From positions 1-42,178 of IMG/VR virus record IMGVR_UViG_3300037722_000727: 42,178 bases of DNA. The stretch is one strand, 5' to 3'. Position numbers and translations under genes: made by a program. Origin of the DNA: a virus (lineage: Duplodnaviria > Caudoviricetes). Positions 9,428-17,972 of this stretch are shown here, piece by piece; position 1 is the stretch's first letter, and the number at the start of each line of letters is the position of its first letter. Below the pieces are notes generated by a model. That model worked only from the letters and a program-made list of their open reading frames with translations. It was not told where the DNA came from and searched no databases.

Positions 9428-9570
9428 ACTGGCTCCGCCTCTTGGAGATCATCGAGATGGCACGGTCGATGACTGGCCGTATCCCGAAGCGAGACATGGG
9501 CTGGAACTGGCAGTGCTATTGCCGCGTGTGCTGCGCGCTGCGCGCCGCCGAGGACCCCCGTGATGCGTGA
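9424..9570 (+). CDS. small CxCxxC protein, paralog B
   Basis: Homologous to 3645..3785. Confidence 0.75.
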   Translation: MNWLRLLEIIEMARSMTGRIPKRDMGWNWQCYCRVCCALRAAEDPRDA

Positions 9571-9976
9571 GAAGCTGCGAGAGCTGGCGAAGGCTGCGGG
9601 TGGGGACCGCTGGTACGCCTTGATCGATGACTACGAACCGCCACGCCTGTTCCTGACCCGCGAGGCTGACCTTCGCGGCCTACAGACCCCGATTGCCGAG
9701 GGCGTGCCGGATGCCGCCGGACGTTACTTGGCGGCAGTGAACCCCGCCACCATCCTCGAACTCCTCGACCGCCTCGACCGGCTGGAGGGGGCGCTGGACG
9801 CTTACTTAGGTGCCGTCGAGGCTGTCGGTGCCATTGAGGACGCCGCCGACCGCGAGTGGGAGACCACGGGTAGCGACTACTTCGACAACCCGCAGAACTT
9901 CGACCGAGCTGAGGCACTGACCGCTAAGCAGGACGTGGCGCTCGAAGCCCTCCGCGCCGCCCTGGAGGACCGATGA
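9563..9976 (+). CDS. Ead/Ea22-like protein
   Basis: LRELAKAA...YLAAVNPATILELLDRL motif. Confidence 0.7.
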   Translation: MREKLRELAKAAGGDRWYALIDDYEPPRLFLTREADLRGLQTPIAEGVPDAAGRYLAAVNPATILELLDRLDRLEGALDAYLGAVEAVGAIEDAADREWETTGSDYFDNPQNFDRAEALTAKQDVALEALRAALEDR

Positions 9977-10161
9977 CCCGCCACGGCCCCTACATCGAAT
10001 GCTCCAAGTGTCACAAGCGCATCCGCTCCAAGTATCGCCACGACTTCCAGGTGTGCCGCTGCAAGGAAACGTATGTTGACGGCGGCTCGGATTACTGCCG
10101 CGTCGGCGGCTACCCGGTGATGATCGAGGGCAAGATCGCTCGTTACGAGACGCCGCGATGA
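9973..10161 (+). CDS. small phage Zn-ribbon protein
   Basis: CSKC...HDF..CRC...VDGG, a common phage motif. Confidence 0.75.
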   Translation: MTRHGPYIECSKCHKRIRSKYRHDFQVCRCKETYVDGGSDYCRVGGYPVMIEGKIARYETPR

Positions 10162-10256
10162 CCCGCCTCATCGCCGCCATCCTTCGCTGGCTCCGGCCCG
10201 CCCCCGACCCCTTCCGCGAACCCTTCGGAGAGGTTGCGAGGGACCCGCGACGGTGA
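10158..10256 (+). CDS. 32-aa microprotein
   Basis: Fills the gap with 4-nt overlaps on both sides. Confidence 0.5.
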   Translation: MTRLIAAILRWLRPAPDPFREPFGEVARDPRR

Positions 10257-10627
10257 GAATCAGCGACCGCCTGTACGGCCATCCTCGGTTGTATGCCGCC
10301 TGGAATGGTTGGCGATGGGCGCTAGGGGACCTGCGACGAGGCCGCTTCCTTGCGGCGATGCGGCAGCTCTGGCTCGCCTACATCGCGGGTCACGACGGGG
10401 AGACGTGCGGCGACTGCGGCCGCGACTACGTGCACTGGTACGCGGCAGACGATCTCTACGGGCAGGTAACCGATCATTGGCCGACACCTTGGACTGACGG
10501 ATCGAGTCGGGCTGAACCCGCTGGCGGCCTTTTCTGCCCCGCCTGTTTCGATCGGCGGGCAAGGAAGCGCGGCATTCGGCTCCTCTGGGTACCAGAACGC
10601 CTTGAATTGAAAGACGCGGCGAAGTGA
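10253..10627 (+). CDS. Zn-finger hypothetical protein
   Basis: CGDC...CPAC. Confidence 0.65.
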   Translation: MRISDRLYGHPRLYAAWNGWRWALGDLRRGRFLAAMRQLWLAYIAGHDGETCGDCGRDYVHWYAADDLYGQVTDHWPTPWTDGSSRAEPAGGLFCPACFDRRARKRGIRLLWVPERLELKDAAK

Positions 10628-11151
10628 GATTCGCCTACGCCGACCCGCCGTACCTGGGCCTCGCGGCGAAGTTCTACGGCGACCTGCACCCGGACGCGGC
10701 GGACTTCGACAGGCCTGAACGGCACCGCCAGCTTATCGAGCAGCTGTGCGCCGAGTTCCCCGACGGCTGGGCCATGTCGCTGCACACGCCGAGCCTCCGG
10801 GAGATCCTGCCGATGTGTCCCGCCGATGTGCGGATCGGCGCATGGACCAAGCCATTCGCCTCGTACAAGAAGGGCGTCAACCCCGGCTACGCGTGGGAGC
10901 CCGTCATCTTTCGAGGCGGTCGGCGGCGCACCGATGGCAGTGAGCCGACGGTGGCCGACTACTGCGCCGTGCCGATCACGCTCCAGCGAGGGTTCCAAGG
11001 CGCCAAGCCCGAGCGGTTCGTGTGGTGGGTACTCGCCCTGTTGGGCGTGCGGGCCGATGACGAGTTCGTAGACCTGTTCCCCGGCTCCGGGGCCGTCACT
11101 CGGGCATGGGAAGCGTGGCGCAATCAGGCGCCGCTAGGGTTGTCGGCATGA
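10624..11151 (+). CDS. small N6A/N4C DNA methyltransferase
   Basis: YADPPY (motif IV) followed by KP...DLFPGSG (motif I). Confidence 0.85.
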   Translation: MRFAYADPPYLGLAAKFYGDLHPDAADFDRPERHRQLIEQLCAEFPDGWAMSLHTPSLREILPMCPADVRIGAWTKPFASYKKGVNPGYAWEPVIFRGGRRRTDGSEPTVADYCAVPITLQRGFQGAKPERFVWWVLALLGVRADDEFVDLFPGSGAVTRAWEAWRNQAPLGLSA

Positions 11152-11197
11152 CCCCTCCTCCTCGCAGCGAGGGACGCAGCATGACTGAGCGGGAGCC

Positions 11198-11413
11198 GTG
11201 ACGCCGCGCCGCCGCCTCGTCCTGATCGAGTTCCTGCGGACGGAGAACGCCAAGGGCTGCGGCGTGGACGAGAGCCTCGTCCGGCGGTGGCTGCGCCAGG
11301 CGTGCGCCGAGTACGGCTGCTCCAAGTTCGAGCTGCTGCGATACCTCGATGAGCCCGGCCCTCGGAAGCGCCGCGGCGGGCCTGTAAGCGTCCCGTTATG
11401 GGACCTTGGCTAG
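11198..11413 (+). CDS. hypothetical protein
   Basis: GGGAG SD; ORF. Confidence 0.5.
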   Translation: MTPRRRLVLIEFLRTENAKGCGVDESLVRRWLRQACAEYGCSKFELLRYLDEPGPRKRRGGPVSVPLWDLG

Positions 11414-11977
11414 ATGTTGACGATGCAGCACCCTCGGGCCATGACGACGCTGCGATCGCTCCTGAACTGGGCCAACACGCAGTACCTCGCAGAAACGCCG
11501 GAGCTCCAGCACTCGATCAGCCTCACCGACGACGGCGGGGCGCCGGACATGAAGGCCCCCGCGAAACGTTGGCTCGGCCTCACCGGCCGCCGCTGCCAGG
11601 CCCGAGAATCTGACGACCGCGCCGTCAAGGCGATGCACCGCGACTGCATCGACGGCTGCCACCTCGAGCCCGACAACCATCGCCGCGCTGCCTACGCCGT
11701 CGACCAGGACGGCAAGTACCGGACCCCGTTCCTCCGAGCCGTCGAGGAGATCGCCGATCCCGCTCGCAGGCTCTTCGTCAAGTGGCTCTGCGTCAACACC
11801 CTGCGACCGTCCGACGTGGCCCGCCACTTCGACATCCCCGACTGGTGTCGGGGCGACGTGGCGTTTCGGTCGCTCGAGATGGTGCGCCAGAAGTACCGCG
11901 AGGAGCCGGAGCCCGATACGCGGCCCGGATGGGTTTCGAGGAGCGAGGCGCAGCGCAGCGCGGAGACGGCGGCGTGA
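11414..11977 (+). CDS. putative late-gene regulator (activator or antiterminator)
   Basis: Last early gene, directly before the late promoter; C-terminal HTH-like segment LRPSDVARHFDIP. Confidence 0.5.
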   Translation: MLTMQHPRAMTTLRSLLNWANTQYLAETPELQHSISLTDDGGAPDMKAPAKRWLGLTGRRCQARESDDRAVKAMHRDCIDGCHLEPDNHRRAAYAVDQDGKYRTPFLRAVEEIADPARRLFVKWLCVNTLRPSDVARHFDIPDWCRGDVAFRSLEMVRQKYREEPEPDTRPGWVSRSEAQRSAETAA

Positions 11978-12001
11978 TTTGCGGACCTGCGCAAGTGGGC
12001 A

Positions 12002-12029
12002 TTGACACGGGTGTTCGATACGCTAAACT
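12002..12029 (+). promoter_or_regulatory. late promoter (TTGACA-N16-TAAACT)
   Basis: Consensus -35 and TANNNT -10 in the only large intergenic gap. Confidence 0.75.
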
Positions 12030-12035
12030 GACTTA

Positions 12036-12161
12036 GGTACCCGCCCATCCGCCGGGTCGCTCCCGGCCCGCCGCTACCCCACAAGGGTCGGCCTTTCTGG
12101 ATGGTTCGGGCACCCCCCAATCTTCTCCGTCGTTCGCTGCTACGGACTGGCGGGGTTTTTT
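12036..12161 (+). ncRNA. structured ~125-nt leader RNA
   Basis: Nested stems 12045-50/12099-104, 12051-56/12062-67, 12070-79/12085-92, followed by a terminator. Confidence 0.45.
12113..12161 (+). terminator. intrinsic terminator (tR'-like)
   Basis: Interrupted GC stem followed by T6 at 12156-12161. Confidence 0.6.
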
Positions 12162-12412
12162 CACGGCCCCCCGCAGCGCGGACCCGCGGCAAGCACCCCC
12201 GGCTCGTACCGGGTTTGGCCGCACGTTCTCCGAGCCCGGCGAGGGACCCCGCCCGCCCGTTGAGTCCGCTCCGGGCGGGCTTTACCACGGGGCGGTTCCG
12301 CCCGTCTCGTTAGGGCATGAGATGCAGTGCAAGGTCGTCTCAACAGCGGCCGGCCGGAGCCCGTTGAGGAGCCAACCGGGGAGCATGCCCAACCCCTTCT
12401 CAGGAGTCCATC

Positions 12413-12565
12413 GTGGTCCTTCGGATCGCCCATCCCGGCAAACCCCTCGTCCTCAGGGATCTCGGACCGGCGCACGGTCGCCGCCTGCCCTACTTCGCCA
12501 TGCGGCGCGAGATTGACGAGGCGATTGCCGCGTCAGCAGCGAACCATCGGCGGCTGATGGTATGA
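12413..12565 (+). CDS. 50-aa hypothetical protein
   Basis: AGGAG SD, GTG start, ATGA overlap downstream. Confidence 0.55.
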   Translation: MVLRIAHPGKPLVLRDLGPAHGRRLPYFAMRREIDEAIAASAANHRRLMV

Positions 12566-12738
12566 GCCGCCTGCGGTTCCGGCTCTGGCTGTTTGGTCAG
12601 CGCCTTTGCGACTACATCGGCGGGCCACTCGATGCCCTGATCCTCCGTATCCCATGGCTCAAGGAACGAACGGGGGCCTGCGTGCTTCTGCACGGCGTGA
12701 CGTTCCGCGGCGACGTGCCAGAGGAATGGTGGCGATGA
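12562..12738 (+). CDS. 58-aa hypothetical protein
   Basis: ATGA overlaps on both sides. Confidence 0.55.
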   Translation: MSRLRFRLWLFGQRLCDYIGGPLDALILRIPWLKERTGACVLLHGVTFRGDVPEEWWR

Positions 12739-13052
12739 CCGCCAAGGAGGTCTCCGACATCAAGGCCGAACTCGCCCGCCTCCAGGGCCTGCTGCTGGGG
12801 GCCAACGGAGCACCCGGTGTCCTGACGACGATCCAGCGCGACATCGGCGACCTCAAGCGGACGGTCAAGCCGCTCGCCGACTTCATGGCCGAACAGCGGG
12901 GCCTGACCCAGAAGGATGAGGTCGCCGACCGCAAGTCCGGCATCGAAGTCGCCCGCGGCCGCCTCCGCATCGAGGGCGACAACGCCCGCTGGGCCGCCAT
13001 CGCGGTCATCGCCGGCGGCGTGCCGATCGTCCTGCGGCTGCTGGGCCTGTGA
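12735..13052 (+). CDS. coiled-coil protein with C-terminal TM helix (lysis-associated)
   Basis: WAAIAVIAGGVPIVLRLLGL C-terminus. Confidence 0.65.
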   Translation: MTAKEVSDIKAELARLQGLLLGANGAPGVLTTIQRDIGDLKRTVKPLADFMAEQRGLTQKDEVADRKSGIEVARGRLRIEGDNARWAAIAVIAGGVPIVLRLLGL

Positions 13053-14056
13053 AGCGCGCCGGGGCCGTCGGCTCGGTCATCACGGCCCTCGGCCTCCTGC
13101 TCGCAGCGAACCAGCCGACGACCCACACCCTCGGCCTGCTGGACATCGCCGCCCCGTTTGCTCAGCCCATCGAGCAGAAATACTCAGCGGACGGCAGGGA
13201 GATCCCGGTCGGGCTGCCGGCGAGGTTCCGCTGGGGGTCGATGCCGGCGGTTCTCAACCAGGGCGACACGCCGCGCTGCGTGGCGTTCTCCACCTCGACG
13301 GTCAAGGCGTGGCAGGACCGCCTCGAATGGGGCCGGTTCTACAACTTCGACGAAGCCAAGTTCGCCCGCCAGATCGGGACCACCGCGGTCGGGGCGTACA
13401 TGAGCCGGGCCCTCGTCCAGCTCGACGACTACGGCTACCCGGTCGTCAACGTCGGCCAACGAAGCAAGCACCGCATCCTCGAATACTGGTCCGTCCCAGT
13501 CAACGCCGGCGACATCAAGCGAGCCGTCGCGGAGTACGGCCCCGTCCTCGTCATCGGCTGGTGGTACGACTCGTGGTGGCAGACCCGCCGCGACGGCATC
13601 CTCCGCGCCCCGACCTCGATTGCCGGCGGCCACGCCTACGTCGTCTACGGCTGGGACAACGATCGCGGGCTCCGCATCCGCAACAGCTGGGGCACCGGCT
13701 GGGGCCTCGACGGCGACGGCTTCCTGCCCTACGCCTACGTCACCAGCGCCCACATCTTCGGGGTCTACGTGACCGTCGACGAGATCACGGCCAAGGCCAC
13801 CCCGGACCCGACTGCGCCGCCGACGCCGGATCAGACGGTCACGGTCCCGGAGACGTTCATTCCGAGCCCGACATTGAACCCTTCGCCCCCTCCTTCCGCC
13901 ACCGCGGGGTCGGCTTCCTCCCCGGCCCCGACGGTGGTAACTCCAGTTACCCCTGAGCCGCCCGATCCGGTTGAGCGCGACTCGCCGGTCCTGCTGTTCC
14001 TGGCCCTGATCGCCTTCGGGGCTGTCTCCGCCTACGTCCTGCTGAGGAAGCCATGA
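13049..14056 (+). CDS. papain-like C1 cysteine protease with signal peptide, Pro/Thr linker and C-terminal membrane anchor
   Basis: QGDTPRCVAF, GGHAY, IRNSWG catalytic motifs; hydrophobic termini. Confidence 0.9.
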   Translation: MKRAGAVGSVITALGLLLAANQPTTHTLGLLDIAAPFAQPIEQKYSADGREIPVGLPARFRWGSMPAVLNQGDTPRCVAFSTSTVKAWQDRLEWGRFYNFDEAKFARQIGTTAVGAYMSRALVQLDDYGYPVVNVGQRSKHRILEYWSVPVNAGDIKRAVAEYGPVLVIGWWYDSWWQTRRDGILRAPTSIAGGHAYVVYGWDNDRGLRIRNSWGTGWGLDGDGFLPYAYVTSAHIFGVYVTVDEITAKATPDPTAPPTPDQTVTVPETFIPSPTLNPSPPPSATAGSASSPAPTVVTPVTPEPPDPVERDSPVLLFLALIAFGAVSAYVLLRKP

Positions 14057-14472
14057 AACGCATCGTTATCGCCATCGTCGCGGCCCTCTTGGTCGCAGCC
14101 CCGGTCGTCGCCGCGAAGCCGGCCCCGGAGCCGTTCGCCCAGACCTATTCATGGTCCTGCGCCCCGAAGTCCTCGGGCCAGAACTGGGACGGCGGCGGGG
14201 CAGTCGTCATCGAGCAGGAGTTCGAGGCGTGCGCTGAGGGCGGGACGTTCAAGGCCCTGCTCTACGGCGCGAAGCATGACGCCCTGTCGCTGACGGTCAC
14301 CGCGCCCGACGGCACGGTTCTCGGGACGCAGGTCTCGGTCAACCGCGGCTCGCAGACGCTATGGGCCTGCGGCGTCGGACAGATCGGCACCTACACCGTG
14401 GCGGCCAGCGCCGACAGCGACGTCCATCTCACGATCGCGGCCGGCGGCCACCTGAGCCCCTGCCCCGGATGA
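14053..14472 (+). CDS. secreted protein
   Basis: Signal peptide MKRIVIAIVAALLVAAPVVA; 4 Cys. Confidence 0.75.
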   Translation: MKRIVIAIVAALLVAAPVVAAKPAPEPFAQTYSWSCAPKSSGQNWDGGGAVVIEQEFEACAEGGTFKALLYGAKHDALSLTVTAPDGTVLGTQVSVNRGSQTLWACGVGQIGTYTVAASADSDVHLTIAAGGHLSPCPG

Positions 14473-15167
14473 GCCTCCGCATCCTGTCCCAGAAGCACTT
14501 TCCGGGCCGCGGCAAAGGCCCCTACGACGACTGCGCGATCTGTGCGGTCTACTGGGCGCTGGCGCAGGTCCTGCCGTGGCTCACCCCGCCCGGCATCGAC
14601 GTGTTCCGCGCCGCCGCCGGAGTGCCCGACACCGACACCGGCAGCGAGGGCTTGGACGAGAACGCCATGTTCCGGGGCCTGAAAGGCATCTGGCCCGAGG
14701 TCGCAGCGATCAGCACCAAGATGACCGGCTGGTCGTGGCGCCAGTTCCTCGACGAAGCCAAGGGCAAGGGCCGTCCCGCAGCCCTGATCGTCATCTCGGC
14801 CAAGCTGCCCCGGAACTACGGCTTCGACGGCATCCACGCCATCGGCGGGCTGCATAACGTCGCGGCGTCGTGGTGGGCTGCCAACCCTCTCGAGGATGCC
14901 CACAACTGGCCGGACGAGATCGAGCAGCCCGTTCTCCGCAGCGCCGTCGAGGCGTACCGCGGCGGCGTCTACGGCGTCCTGCTGCCGACCGCTGCGGAAG
15001 CGCTCCGGCTCCACCCGCTGTATCAGCCACCGGGCTATAGCCAAGAGCAGATCGACCTGGCCCTCGCCACCGGGCGAATCAAGGGCCGCGACGAACTGAC
15101 GGCGGAGCTCGCCGAGGGTCGTTGGGCGATTACGGCGTCCGGGTCGGTGACGCTGTTGCGGCCGTGA
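14469..15167 (+). CDS. C39-like cysteine peptidase (putative endolysin)
   Basis: SQ...DCAIC...HAI...ANPL Cys/His pattern; upstream of holin. Confidence 0.65.
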   Translation: MSLRILSQKHFPGRGKGPYDDCAICAVYWALAQVLPWLTPPGIDVFRAAAGVPDTDTGSEGLDENAMFRGLKGIWPEVAAISTKMTGWSWRQFLDEAKGKGRPAALIVISAKLPRNYGFDGIHAIGGLHNVAASWWAANPLEDAHNWPDEIEQPVLRSAVEAYRGGVYGVLLPTAAEALRLHPLYQPPGYSQEQIDLALATGRIKGRDELTAELAEGRWAITASGSVTLLRP

Positions 15168-15367
15168 ACGACATGACGGTCCTAGAGGACATCGTTCTCG
15201 CAGCGGGACTGGCGAGTGCCCGCGTTGTCCCTGACGAACACCGCCATGCCGATTGCTACCTTCGGTCGGCTGCCCGCGATAAGGCGGCCGTGTTGGACGG
15301 GATCATTCGTGAGGCCGGCTATCGGCTCGTGCCTCTCGGTGGTCGGTCACGGCGTCCGGGCCGGTGA
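15164..15367 (+). CDS. hypothetical protein
   Basis: GTGA overlaps. Confidence 0.5.
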   Translation: MNDMTVLEDIVLAAGLASARVVPDEHRHADCYLRSAARDKAAVLDGIIREAGYRLVPLGGRSRRPGR

Positions 15368-15447
15368 CCGGCAACCAGCTCATCGCCTACGTCGTGCTGC
15401 TGACCATGCTGGCGCTATCGCTGGCCTGGCCGGCCATCAAGCGGTAG
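15364..15447 (+). CDS. 27-aa single-TM peptide
   Basis: MTGNQLIAYVVLLTMLALSLAWPAIKR; coupled start. Confidence 0.5.
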   Translation: MTGNQLIAYVVLLTMLALSLAWPAIKR

Positions 15448-15466
15448 TCACTCACAGGAGGTTGAC

Positions 15467-15736
15467 TTGGAAGAGCCAACGATCGGCTCGCTGCTGACCA
15501 TCGGCGGAAACGCCGTCGCCGTCGGCATCGCGCTCGAGATCCTCAAACGAGCCCTCTCCCTCTCCGGCGCAACGGTCGACCGCTTCGCCCCGGCCCTCGC
15601 GGTCGGGCTCGGCGTCGCCCTGGCGGTCGGCGCCGCGGTCGTCGGTGGTAGCGATGTCGCTGCGGCCGTCCTGACCGGCTTCTTCTCGGGCGCTGTGGCG
15701 TCCGGCGTCTACTCCCTCAAGGCCACGAGCGGCTAG
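15467..15736 (+). CDS. holin
   Basis: AGGAGG SD, TTG start, 89 aa with about 3 TM segments. Confidence 0.75.
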   Translation: MEEPTIGSLLTIGGNAVAVGIALEILKRALSLSGATVDRFAPALAVGLGVALAVGAAVVGGSDVAAAVLTGFFSGAVASGVYSLKATSG

Positions 15737-15984
15737 TGTCGGATCGGGCAGCAAGCGGCCCGCTCAATGACATCCTCGGACAGGTCGCAGGAACGGGCAA
15801 CGCCTGTACCGTCGGCCCCTTCCTCGAAACGCTCACCCCGGAGCGGCTACAGGCCATCGCCGACGCACTGCGCCTCCGAACGCCGCTGATGGCGATCGGC
15901 CGAGCCTGCCAGACGTGGGGCTTCGCCGGCGGGCCGTCGACGGTCGTCCGGCACCTCCAGGGGCGCTGTCGATGTCCGCGGTAG
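15736..15984 (+). CDS. small HTH-like protein
   Basis: STVVRHLQGRCRC C-terminus; precedes the phosphoesterase. Confidence 0.6.
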   Translation: MSDRAASGPLNDILGQVAGTGNACTVGPFLETLTPERLQAIADALRLRTPLMAIGRACQTWGFAGGPSTVVRHLQGRCRCPR

Positions 15985-16871
15985 AGCGATCGCCGCTGGA
16001 CGAGATCCTCGCCGCGGCTGACCCGCTGCGCGAGGCCAAGGACGTCGACCTGATCCGGGCCGCCGAGGAACGCGGCTACGTCATCCACCGACCGCAACCG
16101 GCGGTCCGGCCGATCATCGATCTCGATATCGGACGGGTCAAGGGCGAGCGGGTCCGGGTCGCGGTCATCAGCGACACCCACTTCGGCTCCAAGTACACCC
16201 AGAAGACCCACCTTCACAACTTTCTGGCCTACGCCAAGCGGCGCAAGGTCTCGGCGATCCTGCACTGCGGTGACCTGACCGACGGCCCGTTCCGGCGGCA
16301 CCGCAACCCCCACGAGGTGTGGCTCCACTCCTACGACAACACCGTCGATTACGTTGCCTCGGAGGCGGCCCTCCCGAAGCTCGGGATCCCGTACAAGGTC
16401 ATCAGCGGCAACCACGACGACTGGTGGCTCGACGACGGCGGGCCGGACATCGTGGCCGCGATCGCGGCGCAGCGGTCCGACTTCGAATACCTCGGCCGGG
16501 TCGGGGCGTTCGTCCGCGTCGGTCCGGTGACGATCGAGTTGGCCCACCCCAACGAGGGCGGCGCCTACGCCCTGTCCTACAAACTCCAGAAGCACGTCGA
16601 GGGGATGCCGCAGGGCGAGAAGCCCGACATCCTCTGCGAAGGCAACTACCACAAGGCAGCCCACCTGCCCGACTACCGCGGCGTCGAGGGCTTCCTCGTG
16701 CCGGCCTACCAGAGCCGAACCCACTGGATGCACGGCAAGCGACTCGCCTCGGTCGTCGGCGGGATGATCCTCGAGTTCGGCATCGGCAACCGTGGCCTCG
16801 CCCCGTCCCTCGAGGTCGAGTGGGTCATCGAACGAGTGCCGCTCAACGATGACTGGCCGGGAGCGCGCTAG
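15972..16871 (+). CDS. calcineurin-like metallophosphoesterase
   Basis: DTH, GDLTDG, GNHD, HP, GNYH motifs. Confidence 0.9.
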   Translation: MSAVERSPLDEILAAADPLREAKDVDLIRAAEERGYVIHRPQPAVRPIIDLDIGRVKGERVRVAVISDTHFGSKYTQKTHLHNFLAYAKRRKVSAILHCGDLTDGPFRRHRNPHEVWLHSYDNTVDYVASEAALPKLGIPYKVISGNHDDWWLDDGGPDIVAAIAAQRSDFEYLGRVGAFVRVGPVTIELAHPNEGGAYALSYKLQKHVEGMPQGEKPDILCEGNYHKAAHLPDYRGVEGFLVPAYQSRTHWMHGKRLASVVGGMILEFGIGNRGLAPSLEVEWVIERVPLNDDWPGAR

Positions 16872-16923
16872 ACCCGAACGATACAAACCGCCGACCCCGA
16901 ACGCTACATCTGGGCAGGACGCC

Positions 16924-17130
16924 ATGAACCCGCTCTACCCCTACATCCCGGACCCGGTCCTGTACTGCGTCTGCGGCAAGGCCCTGCCCGACGGCCCCTA
17001 CATCGCCCAACAGACCGAGAACCTCGGCCTCATCTACATCAGCTTCGCCCACCCTCGCTGCCTCGCCGAGTGGGACTGGGAGCCGGATGACTCGGAACTC
17101 GGGGCGGGGCACCTGCACTTCGCGCCGTGA
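16924..17130 (+). CDS. hypothetical protein (CxC...HPRC)
   Basis: AGGA SD. Confidence 0.6.
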   Translation: MNPLYPYIPDPVLYCVCGKALPDGPYIAQQTENLGLIYISFAHPRCLAEWDWEPDDSELGAGHLHFAP

Positions 17131-17297
17131 ACCCCTGCGCCTTCTGTGACGACCAAGCCCACTACGCCTTCGTCCCCGAAGGAGTGGTGGTTGTCGGCCC
17201 GAACCGGATCGGCCTGTGTCGCTGGCACCTAATCCTGTACTACCTCGCACTCAGGGGGGGCGGGTATCCGGGCTCGGCCGTCCGCGAACCACAGTGA
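17127..17297 (+). CDS. 56-aa Zn-finger protein
   Basis: CAFC...CRWH; GTGA overlaps. Confidence 0.55.
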   Translation: MNPCAFCDDQAHYAFVPEGVVVVGPNRIGLCRWHLILYYLALRGGGYPGSAVREPQ

Positions 17298-17590
17298 GGG
17301 CGTGCCTCGAGCGGGGGTGCCCCGAGGGGGCGGTGAAGGGGGGTCGGTGCGAGCCGCATCGTCTGGCCCACGAGCGGGGCCGGCGGGCGTCCACCGGGGG
17401 CCGTGGCTACGGAGCGGATTGGCAGCGTTTCAGCTGGGCGCAGATCGCTGCGGAACCGTGGTGCCACACGCCGGGGGGGTGCCCGTACGACGGCGGCTCA
17501 ACCAACCCGCTGACGACGGACCACGCGACGCTCGGCCTCGTGCTGTGTCGTCGCTGCAACAGCGCCAAGCAGCATCGCGATCGTGCATAA
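17294..17590 (+). CDS. packaging-associated HNH endonuclease (HK97 gp74-like)
   Basis: C..GC...RCEPH, RGYGADW, DH...LCRRCNSAK; upstream of terS. Confidence 0.8.
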   Translation: MRACLERGCPEGAVKGGRCEPHRLAHERGRRASTGGRGYGADWQRFSWAQIAAEPWCHTPGGCPYDGGSTNPLTTDHATLGLVLCRRCNSAKQHRDRA

Positions 17591-17675
17591 GTATCCGGTC
17601 CGGGGGGTTCTCCGAAAGTTCGGGAGCCTTCGTCTGCCCTGACCCCGCGCAAGCCGCAGAGACGCACGGACAGGT
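17591..17675. other. probable cos region
   Basis: Non-coding gap with a G-run between HNH and terS, where HK97-like phages place cos; exact site not determinable. Confidence 0.4.
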
Positions 17676-17935
17676 TATCTCGAACGGCGCGAAACGTGTC
17701 CCGGCTTCGGAACGGGCGTGAACGGGCGCGAGTTGAACGTGCCGAGCGTCGGCCGTGCGGCCAGTTCGCGCTTGAGACGGGCTACCTCGGCCTCGAGGGC
17801 GCGGATGCGGTCGGCTTGGGCCACCAATCCCTCGGCGGTCTCGCGGCCAATGTATTCGCCGCCGGACGTCATAGCGCGGTCCACGCGTCGCCTCGCTCGG
17901 TACTCCCGCATGTAGGCCGCTCGACTTTTGGGCAT
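17675..17935 (-). CDS. small basic-helix/coiled-coil DNA-binding protein
   Basis: GGAGGT SD; AAYMREYRARR followed by IRALEAEVARLKREL. Confidence 0.75.
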   Translation of the reverse strand: MPKSRAAYMREYRARRRVDRAMTSGGEYIGRETAEGLVAQADRIRALEAEVARLKRELAARPTLGTFNSRPFTPVPKPGHVSRRSR

Positions 17936-17972
17936 GTAACACCTCCGCGTAACAGCGTAACACCGCGTAACA
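17935..17972. promoter_or_regulatory. (GC)GTAACA direct-repeat array
   Basis: TGTAACA at 17935; GCGTAACA at 17947, 17955, 17965. Confidence 0.65.

Noticed and set aside
12095-12120. tRNA-like GGTTCG...CCA
   Set aside because: I could not build a cloverleaf with D and anticodon arms. No tRNA or known riboswitch consensus was recognised.
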